Source: Laetmonice hystrix
Lineage: Eukaryota
Direction: 5' to 3'
Length of the DNA stretch: 64,000 bases
Assembly (NCBI GenBank): GCA_965235115.1
Contig: OZ249436.1
Span: 19,904,001-19,968,000 of the forward strand
Of the stretch, positions 45,561 through 59,754 are shown one piece after another (the first letter of the stretch is position 1; the number at the start of each line of letters is the position of its first letter). The position numbers and the translations under genes were made by a program. The notes under the pieces are model-generated. The model was given only the letters and a program-made list of their open reading frames with translations, did no database searches and was not told where the DNA came from.

Positions 45561-46890
45561 TTTTAGCATATTGTTGAGGACTTAAAAATTTACGCCCCCC
45601 CCCTTTCATTAATTCCTGGCTACGTCACGGTCAACTTTATGTATGTTTATTCTGACGTAACCAAACCACGACCAAAGATAACGTTGTATAGATCTAAGTA
45701 ATAAATGGTATGACATTACCTGAACACACCTGAAAGTGGGGGGGGGGGGGCAACAGGGCCATGCGCAGGACTTTTCGAGGGGGATTACAGTTTGGCGGGG
45801 GGACTGGGCGAGCGCCGAAGGCGCGAGGCCATGCTAGGGGGTCCGGGGCATGCCCCCCCCCCCCCCCCGAAATTTATAGTGTAATTTAGTGACATTTGGT
45901 GCATCTTAGACTAGTTAGAGCACAAAATAAGGTCTGAAATATGAGAAAATACCCCCCCCCCCCCCCTAGACTTCCATACACTTCCAATGGCAAAAGTCAA
46001 GGGGGGGGGAAGTGGGGGGGGGGGCAAAAGATACTCTGGCCCCCCTCATTTCAAAGTGGGGGGGGGGCATGGCCCCCCTGGCCCCCGCTTTTCCTACGCC
46101 CCTGCCATCCCGTGAACTCCGCCACTGGGTCTAGAAAAACAGACTACACAGTCCGAGAACCATAATTAGGCCTAGATCTATAGGACTAGGCCTACATTTG
46201 AACTAATGAGAATGTCACTATAAGCCTACATCATCTTGAATTTGATTAATTAGAAAATCTAGGCCTTCACAACCCCTTCACCTCGAGTTGTCAAGGGGCA
46301 TCGCGGACAGAAAAACTATGGCATGGCAATAAAACGGTAGTTTGTTTTATACGTTTAAAAAAAAACTACCGTATTGTTTCTTTTATATTGATAAAATTCA
46401 TTGCAAACAAACCGTAGTTTTATTGCCATACTAGTAGTTTTTAGTTTTCTAATTTCCCTCCGAACCCTGCAAAATCTCCACCACCACGACTAGGCCTATA
46501 TAGATTTGTTGATTTAAAAACAAATTATAGGAAATTCAGAACGCAGGCCCGTACACTCTAAAAACAGATTGGTTGAAAAAACTACCAATCGTATTGGTTG
46601 AGCCTATATTGATTGTTTTAACCAATAGTTTGGTTAAGTCATAACCAATACGTCGGTTATAGGGTAACCATTCACATTGGTTGCGTTTTTGTTGCGATGA
46701 ACTGGATAACCAGCACTGTGGTCACGTGATGACGCTCACCAGCCCCTTTCTTTGTCTATACCCCCGAAGTGTCATATACCTGCGAGAGTCGGCTAATGAA
46801 ACCGTGGGCATAAATTAACAATAATGTGAATACAGTCTTTGTGATGGTGAGTAGAGTTTTATGTCAAACAGGGGCCTAATTAAATGGGAG

Positions 46891-49453
46891 TTATTATCCC
46901 ATCCCCTACGGAGGGGATGGGATTTAGAAATTGTTTGGTTTCGTCTTCTGTATTATTATTATTTTTGGCGATGTAGTAGTTGTAGTAGTAAACAGTAGTA
47001 CGTCTATCTCAGTCATTTTTCAAGATATCACATCTTGACCATGACAGGGTCTGGTAGGACAACGAGTTATGACGTGATGGGACGTCACGTCATGACGTCA
47101 TGACGTGAAATGTGGGTTTGCACGTTTAGGCCATTTTCTATGCCCATATTAGGAATTTCCAAAAACCTTCATGCCATTGTAATCGGGCAAGGGTGCTGCC
47201 TCACTCTTATACTTGATTTCACCTTTGACCTTTGACCTTGGGGATAACTGGGCCCTTGGTCACAAATCGGTAAAATCGCTACTCCTTCTTCATTTTGTCG
47301 TAAAATTTGTCAATATTGGGCAGATACACTCTCTAACGAAAGCTCCACAAGGTGATCGTTGGGATTTAGCGATTTGACGTATTTTCGCTGAACCACGTGA
47401 CTTTGAAATTTGTCAATTTTGACATTTTTTTCTAAAACTGCTTTAGTCATATAGGAATCGTGTATTTGGTCACTAGATATGTGCTGCTATTGACGATTGA
47501 TCACTTTGCATATTTCTTTTCATAAATTTACCAATATATTTTTATTTATGATGAAATATGTAATCTGACTGTTGACAGGCTCTACCTTGAAACGTGTTTA
47601 AGATAGCCATATACAAATACAACTATTACAAAGTGTATAGATTCAGGTATACCACTGATTGTTTAGTTCGTTTTTTGGAAATGTAATGTGGCCAGAATTG
47701 TAGGTTTTAATGGGAATAGTCTCCACAATAATATTTTTGCCGTCTGACAGTTGGCATCTCTGAATACACAGATCTCCCACTGTGCTGCAGCCGCCGGTCC
47801 CTGGCCAGGCCGGGAGAGAGTTGCATAAGTGCTGGTGATAAGGGCCGGCGGGCGGTTGTGACTACTCCCCCCCCCTCCCCCCCCCCCCCTCCCTTCCTCC
47901 CAGTCAAGGTGGATTGGAAGAATATGTGTATTCAGAACAGACCTAACTGAATTAGCTCTATCTTTGAACTGTAGGTGTGACTGTCTAATACATGTACATG
48001 TTTTGGGGTGTCACATAGGGGAAGAGCTGAATGAAAGGATACTTTGATTGTTGGCAGTGGAGTTCAAGTGATACAACAAACTTTTGGTCAGCTGCACTTG
48101 GTTTCAGCCTGAGCCAACAGTCTGGTGTGGATGACATTTGCACCCATCTTTTTGCGTGAAACTGCCCTGACATGGTGCTTTATGATATCTGTGATATTTT
48201 TCATGATGCCCGTAGGCCTAACAGGAATCTATCTAATCCATAAGGACTATAATATTTCATAATGTCAAAGGGATACTTAGTAACTTCCATGTGGATGAAA
48301 ATGGCCCTATTGTTAGGTCAATAATTAAATGAGAGAAAAATATTGGTAATGATCGAAAACCATTGGGGAAATGGGACCTACCTGTATTGCTTGGCAATAA
48401 GAATTTCTGGATTTAATTAGTATTTACGATTATAACGTTTCCTTCCACAATGATTAATATCAAAATAGGTAGGTATACCGTGCAGTAGACCTCTATGACC
48501 CCTTCGACATGTCAGGGGCGGATCCCCACTCTTTCTTTTTGAAGAATTGACAAAAATTAGTGTTAGGCTAGGTCCATATACAGCCGCGTGTCTAGGATTT
48601 TCAGCAGGGCGGTCTCGGGAATCTTTTTTTTTAATTAGAAGCTCTTAGATGCGATTTTTCCTCCTTTTGTGGACCCTTTTAGTGCATTATACCTTGTGGA
48701 TTCATCACTCAACCAGTTTAATCGTTTGATGTTGTTCCGTTGAATCTAAGGGGAAAAGAATCCATGCTCTGGAGGAGCATGGGGGGGGGGGGTGTCCGAC
48801 CCCCGACCCCTGCTGACATGCGCCTGAAATACTTTGAGAAACTTCACATCTAGCTCCAGAAATAACGTTCTTTGACCATCTAAATTTAAGTCGCCGCCCC
48901 CCACCATGTTCGCCTCACACCTTTGGTGCCCTTCCTTTCTTGCAGTACTATTGAACAGGAATAGGAAATCATACATTGTATGCTCTTTCAATTGACACCA
49001 AGTTTTATTATATACCGTATCATATGATGTCATAATGATGCCATTGACATCTTCCAAGGCTTCTAAGTAATAAACCATTCAAGATAGAGCCATGGTTACA
49101 AACACGAATAGGAAGTCATATATGATCTTTCGCTTGACATTTTTTACATGACGTGTCTCATGACATCATAAGGTGTCATAGATATTTTTCTCAGGGCAAT
49201 GACTTGTAAATGGTTGAGGTTGGAACTATAGTTAATATTAAACACTAATAGGAAGTACATGCTCTTTCATTTGAGACCAAGATTTATGTAGCCTGACGTG
49301 CCACCTCATAATTACGTCATTTACCTTATTTAAAGCTTGTAAGTCATTAACCTCGCAAGATTGAGCCATATTGTTTACCCACTCAGAACGTGTCATATAT
49401 GACGTGACTCCCGGGGATGGGATCAATTGTGGTATCGCCACAACGTGTCTAGT
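46891..49453 (+). mobile_element. Helentron-associated (HINE/DINE-1-like) non-autonomous element
   Basis: 5' hairpin ATCCCATCCCCT-acgg-AGGGGATGGGAT followed by short TTA/GTA microsatellites; 3' subterminal GGGGATGGGAT plus stem-loop TTGTGG-tatcg-CCACAA, then CTAGTT. Confidence 0.6.
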
Positions 49454-49587
49454 TGACATTGCTCATGAAAACACCATCTTTGGGCACTAGAGAACATAAT
49501 TATTAACTCCTCTCTAAGAGCAATAGATAGGCCCCATTATCATTCCGAGTACCCTCTTAGGTTGCAGACGTTTGAATTTTACTATAA

Positions 49588-50019
49588 GGCTGAGTTCACA
49601 TAGGAGTAGGCCTATATGGTATTCGCTATACGCTATACGGGCACGGCGAGTCACGCCCGCCAGTGTCTTAATTCCCGACATGAATTGAAAGGTGCCCCCT
49701 GCCCCTCCCCTTGAACTGATTTCCTTGAAATTTTCAGAGTCAATACCCCTATATATCGGCCCTTAGATCTGAAAATTTAGTTAAAAAATATCAAGAACTG
49801 TGTAAATGCTGAACTTTTAAACACAGGCACCCCAAGGTATACGCTGCACTAAAATCGAACACGCACGATTCCCACTATACTATACTATACGCCTTTTCGA
49901 ATAGTGCCCTCTGATGTGACCCGGTATTATAAGATCTTTTTGTACGATTTAAGCTATTCGCGTGCCCTGCAAAACGTGCACCGTATACCCGTGCCGTATA
50001 CTCCTATGTGAACTCAGCC
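49588..50019. mobile_element. PIF/Harbinger MITE
   Basis: Perfect 21-bp TIR GGCTGAGTTCACATAGGAGTA; TAA target-site duplication on both sides. Confidence 0.85.
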
Positions 50020-50402
50020 TAATGGAACTGCCTGTAATCATCAGGCCATATCCATTTAAACTAAAAAAGCCATGTGTTTGATTCTCGATTATCATAATTT
50101 CATTAGTGTTGGTATTGGTAATACCAATATGTATTGGTTGAAAAACTACCAAAACAGATTGGTTGTTTTAACCAATATATTAGTTGGACACATATCCACC
50201 AGCCAGATTGGTTGAATTTAACCAATATCTTGGTCATTTCAACCAATATGTTTTTAGAGTGTAGCCAGGGTGAAATGGGGGGCGTAGGCTATAGGCCTAG
50301 CCCCCGGCCCCTCAACGATCGAAGTCCAAAAGATCAAAAGAAAGAAATAGGCTATCGTCAGAATTTTGATCTCTAAATTAGTAATGACGGGAAATATAGC
50401 GT

Positions 50403-50835
50403 CATACCTGCCAACCTTTCCTGAACAGAAAGCGGTAGGCCTATAGGTTTTCGCGACGAAAAAGTCGCCACACCACATGTAGTCTATGTGCAAACTATAG
50501 ATTTAGGGGCTGCGGAAAAATTTCCCCTCAAATTTTTATTTAAAAAGGAAGTAAAATAATGCATTTTCCTGCTTTCTGAGACATAAATTGACTTTAATTG
50601 AAAGAGAATCAACCAATCATCCACGAGGTGAGAAAGCATCCCGGAATGAGCCGAATGTTGCGGCCAGTCATCTACCACGTATAGATCTAGGCCTAACGTA
50701 TCTAGTGTTAAAAAACTGCACGTTTCATTTTTTTTGAAATGCGGTAGGAATATTTCCAACGAAGCGGTAGGCGGTATAGTGGTCATCAAAATCGGGTATA
50801 TGCTACTGCGTAAATCGGTAGGGTTGGCAGGTATG
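50403..50835. mobile_element. MITE with CATACCTGCCAACC termini and 6-bp TSD
   Basis: TIR CATACCTGCCAACC / GGTTGGCAGGTATG; TAGCGT on both flanks. Confidence 0.75.
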
Positions 50836-52510
50836 TAGCGTTTTTGGCCGCCCAAATTGAAATTCAGTGTTACCAACCATCCAGAATTAAGCCCCCTATT
50901 CCGGAAACCTCCGGAATTTCAGGTCACCATTCCAAATGATCCGGAATCGGGGTGAGGGGGGGGGGGGTACAACGTATTTACTATATAAAGTTGAAAATCT
51001 CATTTCGGAATTCCTGAAATTACGTCTGGGGTTTCAGCATTGTTTAAATCCTCAAAGACTTGTAATACCTTTTTTCTGTAATCTCTTTGATAAATAAAAA
51101 TATTTTTGAGTCATAATAAAACATCTGTTTCTTAAAAATACTTCTGGAGAATGTATCCGCGAACAAGATAGACCAATGCGGTGTTTCCGAGTGGGTCAGG
51201 AATTTTTGGGTTCCCCAGGTTGGCAAATTAAAAAAAAGATTTCCACGGTAGGGCCCAGGAGACAACTATACGCGGAGTTTTTGTCTTCTCTCCATTATTA
51301 TATAATGCCTATAAAGTATAAAGTATGCATAAATCACAGACTTGTTAAGTCTTAACTCCACTTTGATTGGCACTGCTAATGTCGCCTATACTACACACGT
51401 ATCTCGTTAAGTATAGTTCCGTAGGTATAGCTATATTGGTCAAGTTTGACCCAGCAAATCTTTCTCGACAATGAAGTTTGACCCAAAAGTGGATTAACTA
51501 TAACAACCCAGAAAAAGTTTGTCATTGTATTTTGTATGAACTTCATTGCCTCGAGTGACGTCACGTTACATCAGCTACAGTAAAGCAATGCTGTTTCAAT
51601 GTTTCGGAATTGAATCTGATGAAGAGATTTATGTTTGCCTTCTCTGTTTCTAGCTTATTGCATAAGACATGGTTTTACTGCCTTTTTGCGCATGTTAAAC
51701 AGCATATCAGAATATGAGTGCTACAAGCAATCGAAAAAGAGTGACACAAACGTGGCTATCTCCACTGCATGGGCGCCACCTATAGCGTCAGAAGATTTTG
51801 ACCCAGCTTAATTTGACCCATATTTTCAACCCAATACTCTGGTCAGATATGACCCGGTAATGGATTATTTTGACCCAGGTTTTGACCCAATTTGCTTGAC
51901 CCAGTAATTGGGTCACGAAAATGACCCAGCCGGATTTACATTGTAGGGGTATAGGAAAGCGGGGCATAATGGGCCACATTTTTTCTTATGTTTTCTTTGA
52001 AAAATCATTAGATCTAACCACCTGGAACATGAAAATAGTACAGCAGTACACCTTACTACCAACCTTTATTACCAGTTCTGATTAAACAGTTTTAACTTCT
52101 AGGAAATAAAAAACACAACTTTTTAAAAATTAAACACTGTCCTATCGTGCCCCTTGAGTATTGGGTATTACGGGACGCTGTTAACACAGGGTCGGGGCTG
52201 ACCGGTACAGTCAGTTTACAGGCACAAATCACAGACGTAATATGCAGGGGGACTGCCCCCATTGCCCTGCCCCGGCGGACGATGAGAAAGGGACCCTCTG
52301 TCTAAACAGCCGGTCGCGCCTGTAGTCCCAGATGGCCCCGTATTTACAAGCCATTGCCCGTAAGCGTCCAGGACATCTATATAGCACCCTATAGGTGGCA
52401 GCACCTTATAGCCGCAGCTTTACACACGGCAGCATGCAGGCGCGGATCTAGATCTACAGCCGAAAGGAAATGCTGGCGTGACGTCATTGTTTACACCCTT
52501 TAGCCCATTG

Positions 52511-52696
52511 CAGGGGCGGATCTAGGGTCTATATTCAGGGGGGGGGGGGGGGGTCCGAGGGGGGTCCAGCATAAAAAGGGCAAATCGAGGGGGGTCCGTT
52601 GTAAAAACAAAAGGCATTTTGGTTATAAAAAATTAAATTTGGCAAATTTGAGGGGGGGTCTGGACGTCGCCGACACCCCCCCTGGATCCGCCACTG
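52511..52696 (-). mobile_element. Short dispersed MITE, sister of 44353-44570
   Basis: CAGGGGCGGATC / GATCCGCCACTG termini, TSD CATTG; internal similarity to 44353-44570. Confidence 0.7.
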
Positions 52697-55600
52697 CATT
52701 GGTAGGCAACATCCGGTAGGCACATTGCCTAGGGGTGGGGTGGAGTTGCGTCTGACCCCTGTATGGCCTCTGCTCCTCAGACCAATATAGGGGGCCTAAC
52801 TGTAGGGAGCAGGGCCGCATCCAGGATTTTTTAAAGGGGTTTCAGTGTAGGCCCTACACCAAAATTCTGCGTTTGCAAAATGATGAGGAAAATTCGGACA
52901 TCCCGTCCGTAATACCCCCACACTGTGGGGCCACTGTCGAGTAATTTCGGAGACTCCTGATAAATATTTCAAGTAAAATCATCAAAACTATACTACAATA
53001 AGACTTAGATCTAATTGTGTCCGATGTTCGTGTAAAGTAGGCCTATGTCTCGCAAGGTATGGACTCCCATAGGCCTACCTGTCTAGAAGGAATTCCATTC
53101 AGTCAAAACGGGGAGAGAGAGCCCACCAAATTAGTTATAACGTCCTAATTTAGCCTACACTTCCCCTATTGCCTATGTAGGCCCGTATAGGCTACAGTAG
53201 GGCAAAGCGTCCACACATGTGTGCACCAGGGAATTGGTCATGCAAGAGACTGAATTGGTCCTCATAAAATAAGACCATGCCGAAAGGCCTACCAAGGCTA
53301 TAGTCTTCGAACCGTGTCAAACTGCAACTTTCAGGACTAATATTAGGTTACTCGGACCGTTATATCTGTGCTGGAAGCTCTCATAACGACCTGTCACATG
53401 GGGGTTCCCGTTACTATTCTTGGTATAGAGGTATATAGGCGACTTTTAATCAGTTGACCCACTTGTTTGACGTTCCAGGCTGGAGATGTGCGTTTGGTGG
53501 GCCGACCCAGACCATGAAAGATCAGTGATGATATGACTCGTGTCCAGTGCTGTGGTCACATGTGCACACAGCTCGGCCTCCATGTTGATGGACTAGTTGA
53601 AATGAGCCACGCATGATGGGACCGAAAAAGGTGAGTTGCACATGGCCAACCAGGTTATTGGAGGCCTAGGCCCATAGAAATATATATCCTCGTATGACTC
53701 AGAGATCAAGTTTTCGGCTTACGGCCCAAGTATGTCGGCTTTGGGCAAACATCTGGCGTAGGCTGTAGCCATAGGCCTAGATCTATAGATATCGCCCTTG
53801 CGGGGACGTTCACGAACCTATAGCATGTCGTCGTCTGAAAATGCTGAGGCGGAAGATCCCTGGCAGGGAAAGCCGTGTAATATGGACCCCCTAAGTGGAA
53901 ATCTTGATAAAAATCACCATGATGTCGGAATCAGAATGAATGGTAAAGGTTTTTATTAGCATATAACGAAGAAAGTATCTTCTAATAGTAACTCTTACTC
54001 CAAATAACATTTGGGCTGACAGCCGTATAGGGTCTATATATAGGCCCTATCAAAATCTTGTGACCGATGGTCCATGTTAGGCCTACACAATGTTCAGTGT
54101 AATATGGACCTTTATGTTGTGTAATACTGACCACAGGTAACATTTCTTTTGGGCATAGATCGGTTGGAATTAGATAAAAAAAAATTACGCACTTACGATC
54201 CATCCCATTAAAGGGGAGTGGAAAGGGAGTGCGAGCAAGGATTATAGAGAGTACTCTCTATAATCCTTGGTGCGAGCGCATGCAGGAGAGGCGCGGGGTC
54301 AGGAGCAAAATAAGCGAGGGCAGGGTGAGGCGAAGTGGCGGGGGGGGGGGGCGAGGGGTTATAGGTGGAGGCAGGGGGGCAGATACTGTCAGCATAGGCA
54401 GGGGACAGGGCGCAGAGGTGAGATGGCAGTGGTGGTGGTGGTGGTGGTGGTGGTGGTGGGGGCGGGGGGGGGGGGGTGATACCACTGGTCCATATTCCAC
54501 GCCACAAACTGGTCCGCGCGCTACACATGAAGCCCGAAATGACGTGATATAGCATTCATGATATCACATATAGGCCAGACTGCAAACATGATACATAGGC
54601 CTACATCCGGAGTTTTTTTTAATGTTAACACGTTCATGCGTTTGGTGACATTTTGGCCCGGCACTTTTTGTTCGGAGACATTTTGTCTAGTGGATTTTGT
54701 CTGGATACCGGTGAGCAACAGTGCACTTCCCATGCATTGGCAACTAAAATGGGAAGCATGCATGCCTTTAAGTGAACACCGACTATCTCTGACTCCAAAA
54801 TGACATGGGCTGTTAGGTTATAATAGATGAGGTTAGGTTATAGGTAGTTGACTACATAAATCAATAAATCATTATACCCACAGAAATGGGGGAAATCTAA
54901 TGGAATTCAACATTCTAGTCGGACGATGAACCGATGAATTTCATTGGCTGTTCAAGTCAATGCCTTGTCAACTATTTTGTCAACAACCAGCCATAAGACG
55001 ATCGCTTCATCAGGCATTATCTAACCTAACAACCCATGCATGTCAGCATTTTGAAGTCATTAAAACAAGAGATAGTCGGATCCAGGATTTCTGAAAGGGG
55101 GGGGGGGTGGGCATCTTTTGGTGGATAATCGGTGGCCCATTTTCTGGGGCCCTTCCCCATAATTATTTTTCAGGAACGCCGGAGACGTGTTTTCTGAACA
55201 TAGAGTAGAAATTTCTCCCAAATCTTTTAACGAAATTCCATAATTTTTATGCATGAGGCAAGCGTTTGGAAAATGTTGACAGAAGAACACTATTGATCAG
55301 AACCTCATACTTGTATATAGACAGATGTATACGGGACCGTAACACCCGGTGGAAGCTATTATTTCAATAACCTGTTTTAACAATAGGTCCTAGTTTACGG
55401 GTGTGTCTTGTGGGTGTTTTATGAACAAGGATTAACCTGTAGCAAATAAATTACAACTTCGTGTAGGCATCTACTGTATATGTCAATGTAGGATTCCTTA
55501 TTTTAGGACTGCTGGTTCTTCCATACTTATCTTGGTTGTTCAGCTGGGGACCGTTGCCGTTTCCGACACAGGGAACTTCAAGACACTCGATGCCCCTATC

Positions 55601-55746
55601 ACGGGTAAGTATAGTCCAACTGATAAAAATAGTTGAATCTGCACCTGGCGCCTTGAGAATGTTTCTCTACACGTTTTCGCGATTTAATGAAAAAATTCGC
55701 TCGTGCCGCCACAATCACGAATGCTCCATGCAGGTTCACTGGCTAA

Positions 55747-55933
55747 AGCCGCTTTCACATGCATACGGTGTGCGGCGTGCGGCATGCGGCGTGCGTTTTT
55801 GTTAATAATGTAGCCAATGTAAATCGCCGCACACCGCAAACGGGCATGCGAACGGTTATATCTATTTTGAGTTGTTCCATTTCTGCAAAAACGCACGCCG
55901 CACGCCGCAAACCGTGTGCATGTGAAAGCGGCT
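55747..55933. mobile_element. PIF/Harbinger-type palindromic MITE
   Basis: TIR AGCCGCTTTCACATGCA, flanks TAA/TTA, long internal inverted repeat. Confidence 0.75.
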
Positions 55934-57211
55934 TTACTTTCGTTATACATTGTTCATACATGCGATTTTTTAAAATTGTAAATTGCAAAGTGTTGTAAAA
56001 TTAATTTTGTCTAGGCCTATAGGTCTACATTTAGCTCATGGGCTGGCATAATTTCCCCTCTCCGCTATAGGATTTCTTTATTGCACTATCATTCGTTGGA
56101 GAGAAAAAAAGCGTAGAAGAGAACATTTTTACTCCCACTGGAGAAGGAATATTGGGCTCTTGTGGAGAAGGGAAGTGTGCAGCGGAGGACATAATTCCAC
56201 CAGAATATAGGTACTTTTCGGCCACCGTATATGACCGCAGAGGCGCTGCATGCGCCGCGCATGTTGCCTGTAACTGATATAGGCCTAAACTTGGCTCTAA
56301 TCAGGACACACTTCCCTGGCTGGTTTATATATAGCCGCCACCACGGCGCTATGTTATTTTGGCAAGCGATCACTGGCATGCACGTATATGACACTATTGC
56401 AGCAAGTATCAATGGCTACAAGTTATTTCATCGTCCGCCAGGTGAGTTTGGTTGCATAATCTTTTAAGTCGACCTATCTCTGCACGGAGCAGGGTCCTGT
56501 CCCGTGATCCTTGCACTTATAACTTCGGTTAGTCGGGTTGATCCTTGTCGTATGGTCAGCAGTGCTGCCAAGGATGGCCGTATACACAACTGTAGGCCCT
56601 ACTCTTCAAAGAAAGGGTAACCACACAGTTTTAGGCATTCGGTGCTCGCCCAGGTCCGGTAACCCCCCCCCCCCTCCCTTCCCGGCAACATACGACCTCT
56701 CTGAATCCGCCTACGATGTACGCCTATACTATAATAGTCTCTATGGCGGGCATTAGCGAACACTTCAAGCGGGTGTGTTTGGATTAACATAATGATACGT
56801 AGAGTCTACATTACGCATTAAACCCATTATGTTCGCCTATACATGGGCGGATCTCGGGATTTTAAAGAGGGGTGCTAGGGGCTCGATGGGGGGGGGGGTC
56901 CAACACGGTTAATTCAGAATGTTCTATGGGAAAAGGAGAAAAAAGAGAAATTGACGCCAAAAGTTCACGAAGATCCCCCCTCCCCCGCCTGGATACACCA
57001 CTGATGTAATACTCCGGACAGCAGGCACATCCACAGGGGGGGGGGGGCGGATCTCGAGTGGCGCAGGCTGTCTTTATGTCAGAAGTAACGGATGTCCGGC
57101 AGGATTATTCGGGTCGAAACTGCTGTATCCCTGCTGTTAACCAGCTGCTATTGATACTGTGATGTACATGATGAAAGCTTTGTTTCTTTTAGGACCATAC
57201 GTGGATGTAAC

Positions 57212-57657
57212 ATGAAAGATACTTGTCTACTCGTGCACATTGACCCACCGAAGAAACGCAAGAAACGTCCCATATCTACACAGACTCGACATAAATCAAA
57301 ACACCCGCAGAGGAATGTGGACTCTAGGTACAAAGAAAAATCGACAAAAGTGTCAGGGAGTTCTAACCCCCAATTGGTGAAAGGGATCAGTGAGAACGAC
57401 CTTCTAGATGAGGCCTTACTCCCAGTAATGGACCCTAGCAAGGAGCCCAGGTACCGGTCGGACCACATGCACCAGCTGGATTACAACACCTCGAGATCAA
57501 GTCTTAGAGATACCCGCCATTCTACAGAGTGGACCAGACCAGAAGGTGCATATTACCCATGGGAAGACGAAGAACTGGGACCGACAGACTGGCCAGAAGA
57601 CTTTGAGAATCAGGACCATGGGCGTGAAAACTTTCAACAAAAGGAAGGGTGCCACAC
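57212..57657 (+). CDS. Uncharacterised gene, coding exon 1 of 6 (model ~974 aa)
   Basis: Acceptor tttcttttag| at 57192/57193; ATG at 57212; donor AC|GTAAAT, phase 2, matching the next exon. Confidence 0.6.
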
Positions 57658-57889
57658 GTAAATATAGCCATTCGTTTGTATACATGTACTTGCAGGCCCG
57701 TAATTTCCATCAAATTATTGAGGGGGCTATTGAATTATTGAGGGATCTCGACGAACAAGGTTCCCCCTGGTGAAGTAGGATAATTATTAGGCAACAATGA
57801 AAATATTTGGGGGGGGGGGGCTTAAGCCCCCTAGACCCCCCCCCCCCCCCCGAATTACGGCCCTGACTTTCCGAGAATCTGTATTTATT

Positions 57890-58729
57890 AGGTTGTACCC
57901 GTATACAAAGTCTGTCATATGTAGGGTCCATGTCAGTTGGTATCGTGAGTTACAGCCTCCACATAGGTTGTACCCGTATACAAAGTCTGTCATAATGTAG
58001 GGTCCAGGTCAGTTAGTATCACGAGTTACAGCCTCCACATAGGTTGTACCCGTAAACAAAGTCTGTCATAATGTAGGGTCCAGGTCAGTTAGTATCATGA
58101 GTTACAGCCTCCACATAGGTTGTACCCGTATACAAAGTCTGTCATAATGTAGGGTCCAGGTCAGTTGGTATCATGAGTTACAGCCTCCACATAGGTTGTA
58201 CCCGTATACAAAGTCTGTCATAATGTAGGGTCCATGTCAGTTGGTATCATGAGTTACAGCCTCCACATAGGTTGTACCCGTATACAAAGTCTGTCATAAT
58301 GTAGGGTCCAGGTCAGTTAGTATCATGAGTTACAGCCTCCACATTTATTAGGTTGTACCCGTATACAAAGTCTGTCATAATGTAGGGTCCATGTCAGTTG
58401 GTATCATGAGTTACAGCCTCCACATAGGTTGTACCCGTATACAAAGTCTGTCATAATGTAGGGTCCAGGTCAGTTAGTATCACGAGTTACAGCCTCCACA
58501 TAGGTTGTACCCGTAAACAAAGTCTGTCATAATGTAGGGTCCAGGTCAGTTAGTATCATGAGTTACAGCCTCCACATAGGTTGTACCCGTAAACAAAGTC
58601 TGTCATAATGTAGGGTCCAGGTCAGTTAGTATCATGAGTTACAGCCTCCACATAGGTTGTACCCGTATACAAAGTCTGTCATAATGTAGGGTCCAGGTCA
58701 GTTAGTATCATGAGTTACAGCCTCCACAT
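57890..58729 (+). repeat. Intronic minisatellite, 11 x ~76 bp
   Basis: Unit AGGTTGTACCCGTATACAAAGTCTGTCATAATGTAGGGTCCAGGTCAGTTAGTATCATGAGTTACAGCCTCCACAT starting at 57890, 57965, 58041, 58117, 58193, 58269, 58350, 58426, 58502, 58578, 58654. Confidence 0.95.
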
Positions 58730-59754
58730 TTACAAACATGTTTTACTGCCATTCTCTTTGTGCCAGAAATTCCTTTATAGTCATAAATGTTGTATTATGT
58801 TTCACTTCAAGGTCTACTGAGAAGCTGTCATAATTTTATAACCAACTGTGTGTTTTCACCAAGATGTTGACCACTTAGTATGTGTTTAGAGTTCTGGCCT
58901 ACGCCGACCCAGGTCTTTGATACTTAACCAGCGTTAACCATACTTCCTGCCAAACCAGTAGATCTGAGAGATGTTATCAGATTAATCAGCCGCTTTCCGG
59001 TTCTGTCTGTTTAAGGTGTAGGAGATGTGCAAGACCGCATTTCCATTTTTTTGCATGCAGTGTCCATCAGCCACGCTGAGACGGGGCTGGTGATATTGGC
59101 TACATGTATGCATAATTAATGAGGGTAGAAGTAGGGCCGTCAGGCCGTGGCTTATCCTGCGCTGGCTCCCTAATCCCTCCTCGCCCCTTATATACCCCTT
59201 TCTATCCTGATTGGTCTATTCATGGAGTATCCAATCAACCTACTCTAAATTACCCCACCCCTTAGAGTAGAGGGGTGTTCTTTTTGTAAACCTATATGTA
59301 TGCTTGCACATTTTCTCGGACCCTTCCAGCCTTGACACTTCAGACTTGACCAGTACTTGACTGATCTTTTGATCAAAACTTCTCAGTATACCAGTAAGCT
59401 ACACTTTGGATTTACTATTCTCCCACAAGCCAGGTGCACAGCAACTTTTCTAGGTAAGGTCATACCTGATCGAAGTTGTATTTGGAAACTATTTATTAAT
59501 CAGTAATATTAAAAGAACCACTTTGATCGCCATATTTGGTACCTTGCCCTACCGTTATTGTATCCATCCCCAGAATATAGCTTGCTTGCCCTATATGGTT
59601 ACCGGCAAGGTTTTCCGGTGGAGGCGGGACCATACGTGTATTGGGAACACTGACTACCGATTGAAGAACTTTCATCTCTGTTTACAAACTATACAACTTT
59701 ACTTTTTTTCATGTCCTCATACTTAAATGATGTTTGTTAATGGTGTTTTTCCAG

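Larger units (their letters stand above)
46554..50261. mobile_element. Non-autonomous CACTA/EnSpm-like element with nested insertions
   Basis: TIRs CACTCTAAAAACA(G/T)ATTGGTTGAAA, TA on both flanks, many subterminal ATTGGTT/AACCAAT repeats. Confidence 0.7.

Noticed and set aside
54208..54555. Poly-Pro / poly-His / poly-Trp ORFs
   Set aside because: Translations of a (GGT)n microsatellite and poly-G tracts; no coding signal.
57890..58729. CRISPR-like regular array
   Set aside because: Units are contiguous near-identical monomers with no unique spacers; eukaryotic intron; no cas genes.
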